A stretch of 64,000 nucleotides of DNA from Octopus bimaculoides (taxonomy: Eukaryota), in NCBI RefSeq assembly GCF_001194135.2, contig NC_068986.1, positions 38,199,178 through 38,263,177 of the forward strand, written 5' to 3'. The notes beneath the pieces are model-generated. The model ran no database searches and was not told the origin of the DNA. It saw only the letters and a list, made by a program, of their open reading frames with translations. Shown one piece after another: positions 12,420 to 25,083 of this stretch. Position 1 is the first letter of the stretch. The number at the start of each line of letters is the position of its first letter. The translations under genes were made by a program, and so were the position numbers.

Positions 12420-12840
12420 TCATCATCATTTAACATCCATCTTCCATGCTGGTATGGGTTAGCTGGTTTGGCAGAAGCTAGCAAGCCAGAGGACTGCTCC
12501 AAGGTCCACTGTTTGTTTTGGTATGGATTTTACAGCTGGATGCCCTTCCTAACACCAACCACTTTACAGAATGGACTGGGTGCTTTTCGCATGGTACCAG
12601 CACCAGCACCAGCAAGGTCTGTTTTGGTATGGGTTTCATGGTTGGATGCCCTTTTTAATGTCAACCACTTCTTTACAGAGTGAACTGGGGAGCTTTTTAC
12701 ATGGTACCAGTGCTGACGAGGTCTGCTTTGAAATGGTTTTTACAGCTGGATGCCTTTCCAAATGCCAACTACTTTAATGAGTGGATTGGATGCTTTTTAT
12801 GTGGCACCAGCACCAGCAAGGTCACCAAGTAACTTGCAAG
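12420..12840 (-). mobile_element. Family D retroposon with an internal ~105-bp unit in three tandem copies
   Basis: CTG(T)TTTGGTATGG...GGATGCCCTT...GTGCTTTT...CACCAGC(A)AGGT at ~12510, ~12619 and ~12724. Confidence 0.7.
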
Positions 12841-13225
12841 ACAAAGATCCTTTGAGAGTTCAGGTGGGATTGAAAGGATGTGGCTTTGTGCCAGGGGCTG
12901 AGTGGTTAGAGTATGACAAAGGGACAGAAACAGGTGCTTTGTTGTAGACAAGGTACATGGTTACATTGCCTACCAAAGTATCATTCCTGTTTTAAGACAA
13001 AAGAGGGTGTGATTTGAAGGAATTTAGATGCTTTTTCTAGTAGATCAAGCAGTCAGCTATAAGACCCTTAAACTTGACTCTGTTCGAGATTTGGTGGGGA
13101 TGAATGATTAATGCAAGGAGTTAAATTATTTAAGTTGCTGTTGTTTAACCTTAGCCAAACCAAGCTCTAATCAAAGGAATCCCAACCACGACATCTTCCA
13201 TTTTTTACAGCTATAGAGGATTACA

Positions 13226-13545
13226 TGAAGGTAAGTGATTAGGGTATTTATCTCATGATTGTAAGGTCGCGAGTTCAATTCCCAATGATGTATTATGCCC
13301 TTGAACAAGACACTTTATTTCCCATTGTTCCAGTTCACTCAGCTGACAAAAACGAGTGGTACCTGTAATTCAAAAGGTCAGCCTTGTCACATTCCATGTC
13401 ACACTGAATCTCCCTGAGATCTCCTAACTATGTTAGGGGTACATGTGTCTGTGGAGTATTTGGCCACTTACATGTTAATTTCATGAGTGGGCTGTTCCAC
13501 TGATCAGATCAACTGGAACCCTTGTCGTCATAACCAATGAAGAGC
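13226..13545 (+). mobile_element. Family C tRNA-head SINE
   Basis: B-box GAGTTCAATTCCC; 3' GATCAACTGGAACCCTTGTCGTC as in the copy at 45629-46020. Confidence 0.75.
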
Positions 13546-13885
13546 GAGGCCATAGGACTATGCAAACTAAAGTACTTAGCACTTATATAAAACAGAACAG
13601 TATGATATGGGGGAAAGCTAGTTGGTATTTCTAGCAGAGTGAGGGATCACACATATAAGCTCCCTAACTAGGCAGCTGTTTGAAGTAATTTATGTCAGTG
13701 AATTTAAGTATATAGATAAAATGGCATAGGTACTGCTAGTCTGGAATGTAGGAATAAATTTATTAGACTTCCACACATGTAATTTAATATTTAACATATT
13801 GTTCTTTCTTCCTACACTACATTGAATATAACTTGGAAATTATTAATCCCAAAAGTCACAATTACGTATATGTGTGCGTGTGTGT

Positions 13886-13927
<42 letters not shown>

Positions 13928-14249
13928 GTGCACGCCTGTCTGTGTGTCTGTCTGTGTGTCTGTCTGTTTGTGACAGTCTGTGTGTTATGTATGTTTATAT
14001 ATGTTTGCATACACACACACGTATATATCATCATCATCATCATCAAACATTTATGTCCCATGCTGGCATGATATATTTCTGTATCTTTATCTCTCTCTTT
14101 TTCTTCTTCTCTCTATCTATTTGTCTATATATCTCTATCTATGTGTTTGTCTGTCTGTCTGTCATCCATCCATCCATCCATCCATCCATCCATCCATCCA
14201 TCCATCCATCCATCCATCCATCCATCCATATAATAAATATATCCTTTCA

Positions 14250-14867
14250 TTCTTTTATTATTTCAGTCATTTGACTGCAGCCTTGCTGAAGCACCGCCTT
14301 CAAGGGTTATAGTCAAAGAAATCGACTCCAGGAGGAGTTATTCTTTGTAAGCCAAGTACTTATTCTATTGGTCACTTTTGCTGAACTACTAAGTTACGGC
14401 AACATAAAAACACCAGCACTGGTTGTTAAATGATGATGGGAGGACAGATATATACATATATATAGAGAGATAGATTGGTAGACACGACAGGCTTCCTTCA
14501 GTTTCCATCTATTAAATCCATTCACAAGGCTTTAGTCAGCCTGAGGTTATAGTAGATGACACTTGCCCAAGGTGCCACTCAGTGGGACTGAACCCGGAAC
14601 CATGTGGTTGGGAAGCAAGCTTCTTACCACACAGCCACATCTGTATCATGCTCATTTTAATGTCTACTTTACCATGCTTGCATGGGTCAGATGTAGTGTT
14701 TTGAAGCACATTTTTGACAGCCAGATGCCTTTCCTGTAGCCAACCATCACCTGTTTCCAAGTAAAGTAACATTTCCCCATGGCCACACATGCTCTCACAG
14801 AATACAAGAAACGAATGTGATTGCTTGTATGACAGTGACAATCACACAATGTCAAAACAAGAAGACA

Positions 14868-14931
<64 letters not shown>

Positions 14932-15630
14932 TATATGTACATATGTATATATTTATGTGTATGTGCTTGTGTCTGTGTTTGGTTCCACTACCATCACTTA
15001 ACAACTGATGTAGGTGTGTTTACGTTCCTGTCACTTAGCAGTTCAACAGAAGTGATAAATAGAACAAGCACAAGGTTTGCAAAGATTAAGTTCTGGGGTC
15101 AATTTCTTTGACTAAAAGGCGGTGCTCCAGCATGGGCCAGTCAAATGACTGAAACAAGTAAAACAATATAAGAATATATATACAATTGCAGCATGGAAGG
15201 TGTTTATAAGCCATTTAAAAAACACACAAAAACTGTTAGATTCACTTCAACATTTAAATTTAAGTTGTGTCAAAATATTTTCATCGCTTTGAAAGCTTGA
15301 CCTGTTCACTGACAAAATTCCATATTGCATCGTTACCAGCGTCACCTGACTGGCACATGAAAAAACATTCGAGCGAGGTCGTTGTCAGTGCCACTGGACT
15401 GGTTCCTGTGCAGGTGGCACGTAAAAACACCATTTTGAGCGTGGCCGTTGCCAGTACCGCCAGATGGCCCTCGTGCCAGTGGCACGTAAAAGCACCCACT
15501 TCACTCTCAGGGTGGTTGGCATTAGGAAGGGCATCCAGCTGTAGAAACTCTGCCAGATCAGATTGGAGCCTGGTGCAGCCATCCGGTTTGCCAGTCCTCA
15601 GTCAAATCGTTCAAAGCAGACGTTAAATGA
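14250..15630. mobile_element. Cluster of Family A (14250-14640 minus; ~14960-15165 plus) and Family D (~14650-14860 minus; 15330-15630 plus) copies
   Basis: Family-diagnostic motifs as described for other copies. Confidence 0.7.
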
Positions 15631-15974
15631 TGATGATAATGATGATGATATATACACACATACACACACATACACACACACACATGCATATATACATAAT
15701 ACATATTCAAACAAACACACATTCAAACACACCCACGTATGTCTTTATCTGTGTATTTGATATTTATATGACTCTGACACAAATACAATTGTATTCATGA
15801 AATAGGATCACTGGAACATAGGCAAGAAAACACCATTTCATTAATTGGGAATCAGTAAATTATATGATTTCAGTCAATGATTTTCTGATAGATACCACTT
15901 ACATTTAACAGGCCAGCCAGTGTCTTGCAGCCAGTGCTGACTAACAGGATATATATACATATATGCATATACAT

Positions 15975-16015
<41 letters not shown>

Positions 16016-16143
16016 NNNNNNNNNNNNNNNNNNNNNNNNNNNNNNNNNNNNNNNNNNNNNNNNNNNNNNNNNNNNNNNNNNNNNNNNNNNNNNNNNNNNN
16101 NNNNNTATGTATGTATGTATTTATGTATGTATGTATAGATATG

Positions 16144-16180
<37 letters not shown>

Positions 16181-16329
16181 GTATGTATATATATGTATAT
16201 ACATATATATGTATGTATATATATGTATATATCTATATATAAGAAGAGTATTTATAATTATGAATAAATCACAATTATTAATTGTTTATGTTATATCCTT
16301 CACAATATATCCTCTCTCTTAACAATGCT

Positions 16330-16943
16330 CTACATGTAATAGTCTAATGGATTGAAATCTGGGGAATTAGGAGGCCAAATGCTAGGAGTTATGTGATCAT
16401 GAAAATTTCCAGCCAGCCATTCCTGTGTTACTAGAGCCATGTGTGAGAGTGCAGAGTTTTTATGAAACACAATTGGCCTTCCATTTCATACACTGTCTAT
16501 CCAGGGCTTAACAATTGTTTCCAGGACCTCAACGTAGGCGGCAGAGTTAGCTGTAAGGCTTCGTGGAAAGAAGTAAGGAGGCATCACATATGCTTCATTG
16601 CTGACAATCCCTAAAACCATGGCAGTTGCAGGAAATTTTATATGCATAACACTTGGAACTTCAGAAGGGTCTGCACATAGCCATCTGTCATTTCTTCTGC
16701 TGACTTTTTGATCTTGGTCAAAGTTTTCCTCATTTGAGAAAAACCAAATCAAATCTTCTGCTGGATTTTTCAGTTTGCTTAAGAGCCTTTTAGATCTGAT
16801 ACAGTGATTTTCTTTACTTTTTCTGACAAATTGACCCTTCCTTATCAATATAAAACTTACATCTGATGTCTTTGTGGACAACATTTCTGACTGTTCCTCA
16901 TGGACTTTTTGGATTGTAATCAATAGTCTGTTGAACTTGATGG
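16330..16943 (-). pseudogene. Tc1/mariner-superfamily DD37D (maT-like) transposase remnant
   Basis: WFFSNEENFDQDQKVSRRNDRW...KFPATAMVLGIVSNE..VMPPYFF...VKPWIDSV*NGRPIVFHKN-x37-D (WPPNSPDFNPLDY); first and second catalytic Asp appear mutated to Asn; in-frame stops. Confidence 0.9.
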
Positions 16944-17693
16944 ANNNNNNNNNNNNNNNNNNNNNNNNNNNNNNNNNNNNNNNNNNNNNNNNNNNNNNNN
17001 NNNNNNNNNNNNNNNNNNNNNNNNNNNNNNNNNNNNNNNNNNNNNNNNNNNNNNNNNNNNNNNNNNNNNNNNNNNNNNNNNNNNNNNNNNNNNNNNNNNN
17101 NNNNNNNNNNNNNNNNNNNNNNNNNNNNNNNNNNNNNNNNNNNNNNNNNNNNNNNNNNNNNNNNNNNNNNNNNNNNNNNNNNNNNNNNNNNNNNNNNNNN
17201 NNNNNNNNNNNNNNNNNNNNNNNNNNNNNNNNNNNNNNNNNNNNNNNNNNNNNNNNNNNNNNNNNNNNNNNNNNNNNNNNNNNNNNNNNNNNNNNNNNNN
17301 NNNNNNNNNNNNNNNNNNNNNNNNNNNNNNNNNNNNNNNNNNNNNNNNNNNNNNNNNNNNNNNNNNNNNNNNNNNNNNNNNNNNNNNNNNNNNNNNNNNN
17401 NNNNNNNNNNNNNNNNNNNNNNNNNNNNNNNNNNNNNNNNNNNNNNNNNNNNNNNNNNNNNNNNNNNNNNNNNNNNNNNNNNNNNNNNNNNNNNNNNNNN
17501 NNNNNNNNNNNNNNNNNNNNNNNNNNNNNNNNNNNNNNNNNNNNNNNNNNNNNNNNNNNNNNNNNNNNNNNNNNNNNNNNNNNNNNNNNNNNNNNNNNNN
17601 NNNNNNNNNNNNNNNNNNNNNNNNNNNNNNNNNNNNNNNNNNNNNNNNNNNNNNNNNNNNNNNNNNNNNNNNNNNNNNNNNNNNNNNNNNNNN

Positions 17694-17724
<31 letters not shown>

Positions 17725-17729
<5 letters not shown>

Positions 17730-18040
17730 GGCTTCTTTCAGTTTCTATCTATCAAATCCACTCACAAGGCTTTGGTCAGCCTGAGGCCATAGTAGAAGAC
17801 ACTTGCCGAAGGTGTAATGCAATAGAACTGAACTCAGAACCATATGGCTGGTAAGCAAGCTACTTACCACACAGCCAAGCCTGCGCCTATATATACATAT
17901 ATATTCTTTTATTCTTTTACATTTTTCAGTTATTTTGACAGTGGCCATGCTGGAGCACTGCCTTTAGTTGAACAAATTGACTCCAGTACTTATTCTTTGT
18001 AAGCCTAGTACTTATTCTGTTTGTCTCTTTTGCTCAACCA
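17725..18040 (-). mobile_element. Family A SINE
   Basis: AAATCCACTCACAAGGCTTTGG...GAAGACACTTGCC...CTTACCACACAGCC plus tail segment. Confidence 0.8.
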
Positions 18041-18456
18041 CCAGAGTTTGCAAACATCCTCATTGAGCTCTACAGATCTTCTAGGATGAGGCTCGTCTTC
18101 TAGGCTGTAGCTTCTGGCTTGGAATTTCTGGAACCACTGTTGACACTGGCTTGCGCTTATTGTCTGATCGCCATATACTGCAGTAATATTCCACACACTT
18201 TCTTTTGTGTTGTTGCCTTTATTGAACACATAAAGTAAAATATGCCAAATATGCTCCTTTGTCACGTCCATTATAACTTTGAAAAAAATAACTGTTAAAA
18301 TCAAACTGCACTCTTCAAAACCTGCACTAAGAATAAGTACCAGGTAAAATTACTACCTGCTTTTATAGCAAGCTGATGCAGGTAGTTTATCCTGTCTCCA
18401 TCTGACTTCCAGTTCATGGATTTGAAAAAACCACATTATTTATGGAATGACCCAAT
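18040..18456 (-). pseudogene. Mariner 5' end: TIR plus N-terminal HTH of transposase
   Basis: MDVTKEHIWHILLYVFNKGNN...VYGDQTIS..QCQQWFQKFQA..YSLEDEPHPRRSVEL; terminal TATTGGGTCATTCCATAAATAA on minus strand at ~18456. Confidence 0.85.
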
Positions 18457-18677
18457 ATGTATGTATGTATGTATGTATACCTTGAGAGATTGAAAGATGT
18501 GCCATTCTAATGCACAGCGTATGAGGATATAATGAAATTAGATTTATTTTCCATTTCTGATTCTATGTTAGACGGAAAACATTTCCAGTAGTCAATGGAT
18601 GATCAATGAGAATAGATAGCATTTGAAAAATGATGCTAAAGGGATTGTGTGTTCACATGAATAACTAGATCTATGTA

Positions 18678-18713
<36 letters not shown>

Positions 18714-18889
18714 CACAGTGGACAATGACATTAAGGCTTAATCAGGCAAAATGCAGAGACATAAAAATAAAATAAAATATTTTTTAAAAGGAAGCACATT
18801 TCCATGTAAAATTATACAGTCCCATGTGTATACAGTCCTTCGAAAAAGGGTATTAGTAGGATTGCACCATTAGATCATTATCATTGTCG

Positions 18890-18920
<31 letters not shown>

Positions 18921-19044
18921 AATCATCATTGTCGTTGTTGTCATCATTATCACCACTACCACTACCATTATCATTATCATCACCATCATCATTACCATAG
19001 TTATCATCACCATTAACATCGTCATCGTCATCATCTGCATCATT

Positions 19045-19260
19045 CTGCTTTCCACGTTCCCATGCTTGCATGGGTTAGGGGAAACTTATTGAGATAGATT
19101 TTCTACAACTGGATGCCCTTCCTGTCATCAACCCTTATTTGTTACCGAGTAGAGTAATATTTCCCCAAGGCCAGACATGTTTATATGGAAGACTGGAAAT
19201 GAATGACACAGATTGAATGATAGTGACACTCTTTTACAACAACTGCACAATGCATAAACA
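19045..19260 (-). mobile_element. Family D-related retroposon
   Basis: TTCCATGCTTGCATGG...CTGGATGCCCTTCCTG motif. Confidence 0.6.
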
Positions 19261-19658
19261 GCATTATATATATATATATCATATATATCTATATCTGTAT
19301 GTATATATATATATATGTACAACCTGGGAAAGAAAACATCCTGGCACTCGAAGCAAAACACCAAACAAAGAAAGACAACACACCACAACCCTGCAGCACC
19401 TTTCTTGTGAGCAGATTTTGTAGTAGAACTTGCTCCAAGCATAAGAAGAAATAGCCATGAGAGAAGCAGCAGGAATACGACATCTTAAGACATTCTTCGC
19501 TGTTTAGACTGACTCTCCAGATGTAAATAGCCAAATAATATATATATATATACATATATACATAATATATACGAGTGAACGGATAAACGAAAGAAGGGCA
19601 CTCAACAAATCTATTGGGAGTTACATGTATGGATCAAAACAGTTTGATTCAAATTCGT

Positions 19659-19698
19659 TGGTATTCTGAGTTTCAAGTGTGATGCTAGTCTTCAGCCA
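19659..19698 (-). ncRNA. Degenerate minimal type I hammerhead-like motif in the pseudo-LTR
   Basis: TGG-CTGAAGA-CTAGCATCACACTT-GAAA-CTCAGAA-TA-CCA: core boxes present, 3-bp stem I, near-palindromic stem III with one mismatch, weak stem II. Confidence 0.45.
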
Positions 19699-19999
19699 TT
19701 TTGAATATGAATGATGGAAGTTGATTGCTATTACTGTAAGGTGGGCTGCGATTGGTTGTGGAAGGTTATGCTGTGTTGTGGTTTGATGTTGGTATATCGG
19801 TAACAGTTAGTTGGAAAATACCGCATGGCGGACAGGAAATCGACCGCATGGTGGACAAGAAATCGGTTGGGTTGTTGGAGGGGAAGTAGAAAGGGGCAGT
19901 ATGTGCAAGTATATAGTTGTATGTGTCGGTGTGTAGTTGCGTTCATATGGTTTTACGTGCATGTCTGTATTGATGCGAGTGTATACATCTGTACATGGG

Positions 20000-20075
<76 letters not shown>

Positions 20076-20341
20076 CCACACACACACACTCACTCACACA
20101 CACATATGAATGAACATGCATGCATGCACACACATGTATACACGTGCATACACATACATGCATACACATGCATACACATGCATACACATGCATACACACA
20201 TGTGTATTTATTTATATGTACATATGTATATATGCATGCATGCATGTATACATGCATACTAGTGTGCATGCACACATGCATGCATGTGCACATGTGTACA
20301 CACATGTGCATGCATGAGTATACATGTGCATAACAAGCGCT

Positions 20342-20423
20342 GAGGATTGGTAAGCAGTGGGAATTGGTAAGCTTTGGGGATTTGTAAGCATTGGGGATTG
20401 GTAAGCATTGAGAATTGGCAGTG
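20342..20423 (+). repeat. 17-bp minisatellite, about 4.5 copies (GGGATTGGTAAGCATTG)
   Basis: Direct inspection; lies inside the Penelope-like 3' region. Confidence 0.85.
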
Positions 20424-20479
20424 CTGCTCATGGAGTTGGTTGGTGGTGGTGACCTTGGTGCAGCTGATACTAAGGTGGT

Positions 20480-20815
20480 ATATCCAGGTTGTTGGCAGTC
20501 AGAGGTTTGAAATTTGCCAGAAGGGCATGCCTCTGGTGACAGCAATAAGATAAATCGTATTTCTTGTTGATGGATAATGCAGGTTGTGCAGGATGTGCAG
20601 TGTTTTGCAGAGGCAGAGCTGGCAGTTGGTTGCGCTCAGTTAACAATAGTCCACTTGATGCTGGGTGTTTTGTCTCAGAGGTCACAGAGTCTCCAGAGAA
20701 AACAAGACAGGGAAGTAAAGTTATCTCTGTCCCTGGATCTGGGAGCATCTTCCCTTGAAGTTATTAGCTGTCATACCTGTATAGTGTCTAGTAATACCAT
20801 CGGATGGTGTAAGGC
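20480..20815 (-). pseudogene. Penelope-type GIY-YIG endonuclease C-terminal remnant (frameshifted)
   Basis: Across frames: HYTGMTANNFKGR; TSLSCFLWRL..D.TPSIKWTIV; NCQLCLCKTLHIL; LSINKKYDLSYCCHQRHALLANFK. Confidence 0.8.
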
Positions 20816-20874
20816 TGTTTACATGTGTGTGTTCACATATATATGTGTGTGTGTGCATGCGTGCATGTTCGTTC

Positions 20875-20909
<35 letters not shown>

Positions 20910-21184
20910 CACGCATGCCCGTGTGCAGTTGTGCATGTTCTCATCAATGCAGGCATGCACACAAAACCATATGAGAATGTCCACACACCCACATACACAA
21001 CTCTATACTTGCACATACCACCCCTTCCTAGTTCCCCTCCAACAACCCAACTGATTTCCTGTCCACCATGCAGTATTTTCCAGCTGTTGCCGATTTACCA
21101 ACATCAAACCACAACTCCACGTGACCTTCCTCGACCAATCACAGCCCACCTCACAATCAACTTTCTGAAGACAGTGTAGTCTGA

Positions 21185-21796
21185 GGACGTGTACCAAGAG
21201 TGATAAAAATCAAACATCCAGTCAACATCATAATGTTTGGAGTGATCACTAGTGATGGTGACGTTATGCCTTCATTCATCTTCCCACACAGCCTCAGACT
21301 CAACACAAAGGCGTACATCAAGTGCCTGGAGGAGGTAGTGTTGCCCTGGGTCAAGAGGGTGGCTGCTGGAAGACCCTATGTCTGGCAACAGGACTCTGCA
21401 TCATGCCACACAAGCTGGTTGTCAGACAATTTCTGTCACCACATCACCCCTAACATCTGGCCACCTAATTCTCCAGACTGCAACTCCCTTGATTATTATG
21501 TGTGGGTTGCAGTTGAGCAAGAGACCAACAAAACTCCTTGTAACACCAAATATGAACTGAAGGCAAACATTATGGTGGCATTCACTGACTTAAACAAAGA
21601 GACTTTCTAGAAGAGTTGCAAGAGATTCTGAAGTCGTCTGGAGACCATGGTTGAAACCAATTTATTGAATAAATTTACTCTTTAGTATTTCAAGATATTT
21701 TTATGTAATTTTGGTAAATATATTTGTTAAAATGAGATGTCAGTGTTATTTTCCATTTTTGCATAATTTAGACAACAGTCTATTCACTGCACCCTG
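21185..21796 (+). pseudogene. DD37D (maT-like) transposase 3' half plus right end
   Basis: ORF 21200-21610: KHPVNIIMFGVITSDGDVMP...GRPYVWQQDSA...WPPNSPDCNSLDYYVW; D-x32-D here (5 aa shorter than the 16.3-kb copy); ends ...TTCACTGCACCCTG. Confidence 0.88.
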
Positions 21797-21820
21797 TGTA
21801 TATATCATCATCATCATCGT

Positions 21821-21853
<33 letters not shown>

Positions 21854-22627
21854 CGTCGTCGTTGTCGTCGTCGTCGTCGTCGTCATCATCCTCATCATCA
21901 TCATCATAATCGCTTAATGTCTACCTTGCTGACATGGGTTAGACAATTTGATAGGAGCTGGCCAGGCAGAAGACTGCACCAGACTTCTGTGTCTGTTTTG
22001 GTATGGTTCTTANNNNNNNNNNNNNNNNNNNNNNNNNNNNNNNNNNNNNNNNNNNNNNNNNNNNNNNNNNNNNNNNNNNNNNNNNNNNNNNNNNNNNNNN
22101 NNNNNNNNNNNNNNNNNNNNNNNNNNNNNNNNNNNNNNNNNNNNNNNNNNNNNNNNNNNNNNNNNNNNNNNNNNNNNNNNNNNNNNNNNNNNNNNNNNNN
22201 NNNNNNNNNNNNNNNNNNNNNNNNNNNNNNNNNNNNNNNNNNNNNNNNNNNNNNNNNNNNNNNNNNNNNNNNNNNNNNNNNNNNNNNNNNNNNNNNNNNN
22301 NNNNNNNNNNNNNNNNNNNNNNNNNNNNNNNNNNNNNNNNNNNNNNNNNNNNNNNNNNNNNNNNNNNNNNNNNNNNNNNNNNNNNNNNNNNNNNNNNNNN
22401 NNNNNNNNNNNNNNNNNNNNNNNNNNNNNNNNNNNNNNNNNNNNNNNNNNNNNNNNNNNNNNNNNNNNNNNNNNNNNNNNNNNNNNNNNNNNNNNNNNNN
22501 NNNNNATCCAGCTGTAGAAACTCTGCCAAATTTAGATTGGAGCCTGGTGTTGCCATCCGGTTTCACCAGTCCTCAGTCAAATCGTCCAACCCATGCTAGC
22601 ATGGAAAGCGGACGTTAAACGATGATG

Positions 22628-22683
<56 letters not shown>

Positions 22684-23004
22684 TCACACATTCCTTTACC
22701 TGTTTCATCTTGCAAGTTATGCCCATGGCAGTGTACTACCATCCCCTGGCAGGACACAAACCTGTAATCTCCACGTTATCTATTGCATCATAGATATACA
22801 TATATAGTTATATGCTTATATATAAATGTATGTGTGTGCATAGGTGGATGGGTGAGTGGTTGCGGTATGTGTGTGTCTAAATGCTTGTTTTAAATTACAG
22901 TAAAACTTCAAAGGATCCGAGTCTTTAATATACTGTGTATTGCTGTATGAATTTTTATCTCAAATAATTAATTTTCATAACATTTGTTATTGTATTTGTT
23001 GGTG

Positions 23005-23520
23005 GTCTTGATAATGGTAGAAAGATGAGGAGGAGGAAGAAGAGGACAAAGGAAAGGCAGGGAGGAGACAGGATAGGAGAGGAAGAGGGGAGGAGGAGGA
23101 AAAGAAAAAGGTGGAAGAAAAGGAAGAAAAAAGAGGAAGAGGAGAAGGCAGAAAAGAAAAGGAGGAAGAAGGGAGGAGAGGGTAAAAGGAGGAGGAAGAG
23201 AAAGAGGTGGAAGAGAAGGAAGAGGAAAAGAAAGAGGAGGAAGAGAAGGCAGAAGTGGAGGAAGAGAAGGCAGAAGTGGAGGAAGAGAAGGCAGAAGTGG
23301 AGGAGGAGGAGGAAAATAAACAGGAGGAAGAGGAGGAGAAGGAGGAAAATAAACAGGAGGAGGAGGAGGAAGAGAAGGAAAATAAACAGGAGGAGGAAAA
23401 AACAGTAGGAGGAGGAAAAAAACAGGAGGAGGAGGAAAAAACAGGGGGAGGAGGAGGAAAAAACAGGGGGAGGAGGAGGAAAAGAAACAGGAGTATGAGG
23501 AGGAGAAAACATAGGAGAGC
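23005..23520 (+). repeat. Polypurine (GGA/GAA) tract with 21-bp and ~24-30-bp sub-repeats
   Basis: GGAGGAAGAGAAGGCAGAAGT x3; GGAGGAAAATAAACAGGAGG x3. Confidence 0.9.
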
Positions 23521-25083
23521 TTGCACCTACCTCTCTGCCAATGTGAGAGTGGTTCCTAGGTACTGTTCAGTTTAAGCAAGGTATTTGGATTGATTGTGTT
23601 ATCTCAGGTTTTTGCAAATAATATTCTGAATCACCAAAAATAATTTTTTGCTTTTTTCTCTTAACTTCCGTTTGATGTCCAAATTGGTGCAAGATATATT
23701 AATATCATATTGAGAGAAACAAGAATCAATTAATTGAATTATAAAAATATAATAATAATAATAATAATAATAATGATAATAATAATGATAATAATAATGA
23801 TAATAATAATGATAATAAATAAATAAATAAAAAGATAGAAAAAAGAGGGTGAAAGACTGAAGAATAATTTCAGAGTATTTATCAAGAGTTTTTTTTTCTT
23901 TTTTGCTCTAATTAAAATATATTTTCTAGGCAACGGAAGGTCGGCAACGGAAGGTCGGCAAAGCAATGAGGTCTGCTTGTTATTGTTTAAAATATTTGTT
24001 ACTGAATTGATGAACTAATAAGCAGGTTATATGGTTTTGTGAATAGAAGATATGATGTTGAGTGGAAAAAGTTATGTTGTTAATGGAATAGGAAGAATAA
24101 AAATGTAGGGAGAGCAGTGAGGTTAGATCTCTGGATTGCAGTGCCTTATTGACCTGACAAGTTGATAAAACATGAAATGAGTACAATGTGAAATGTGTGG
24201 CAATATGCTGTATGGCATAGACCCCTGCCAACCCTTGCCACTCTGAGCAAAAAAAAAAAAAAGAAAACCGGATATTAAAACATTGATGATGATGACAGTT
24301 TTATTAAAAGAACTTCATTCTTGATTGGTCAGTATCAGATATATATATGGAGGAGTGCTATGAGGGCCAAAATAGCAAGACGTTAAAAATAATAAAAAGA
24401 AAAACAGAAAATTATAGTTAATAGCATTCATAGATACTATCAATGGTAATCAGTGTGTAAGTCATGGCTGGCAGTGAGAATTTCCTGTTTAGCAATTAAA
24501 TTGCAGACTTTATGTCTAGCTAGTTGAAAACAATGGCAAATGTCCACATTCCCAGAATTAGCAAAAGCTAACCAGGAAGCTGACAAGATTTTGGAAAATA
24601 CAAGCAATAAAGAGTTCTGCTCTACTTCATCATATAACATTCCAATTTACATTACTTTAGGGTTTTTTTGAAATTTCCAGTCAAACCCACACTAACACAG
24701 ACCAGCAATACCCTTTCAAGTATCTCAGTGTATAGCGAGAGTGTGTGGCACTTTGAGTTTTCTGCCTAGCAGCCCCTGCTCCATAAACAGGCTTATACAG
24801 CAGACCCAAAAGTGTTACTCCCATAAAAGAGTTGCTCAGGATGGAACCCTTTCCCCCACTACCAACTATGACTTCTCCCCTCCCAGGTTATGTTACTGAA
24901 GTAACTATCCTAACAAGTTAACAAAGAAGTGTCTGTGCCAAGTAGGAAACACTTTGCTCACAGGCAAGATTTTCTCCTCAGTCCTCATTCATATTTGAAA
25001 CTGCCCATTGATAAAGTCTCCAAAAATCTGTTAGAGGAAAAAAAAAGAGTGATTTAAACCATAAGACCAAAACAATTATTTAA

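Larger units (their letters stand above)
19565..21184 (-). mobile_element. Penelope-like element: inverted pseudo-LTR, EN remnant, pseudo-LTR
   Basis: Arms ~19716-20150 and ~20815-21165 are reverse complements of each other; GIY-YIG C-terminal remnant lies between them. Confidence 0.8.

Noticed and set aside
19320-19470. Possible exon or RTE C-terminal zinc-finger remnant
   Set aside because: Similarity is too weak to call either way from the sequence alone.
22955-23575. E/K/R-rich and S/F/L-rich ORFs
   Set aside because: A polypurine repeat lacks stop codons by composition.
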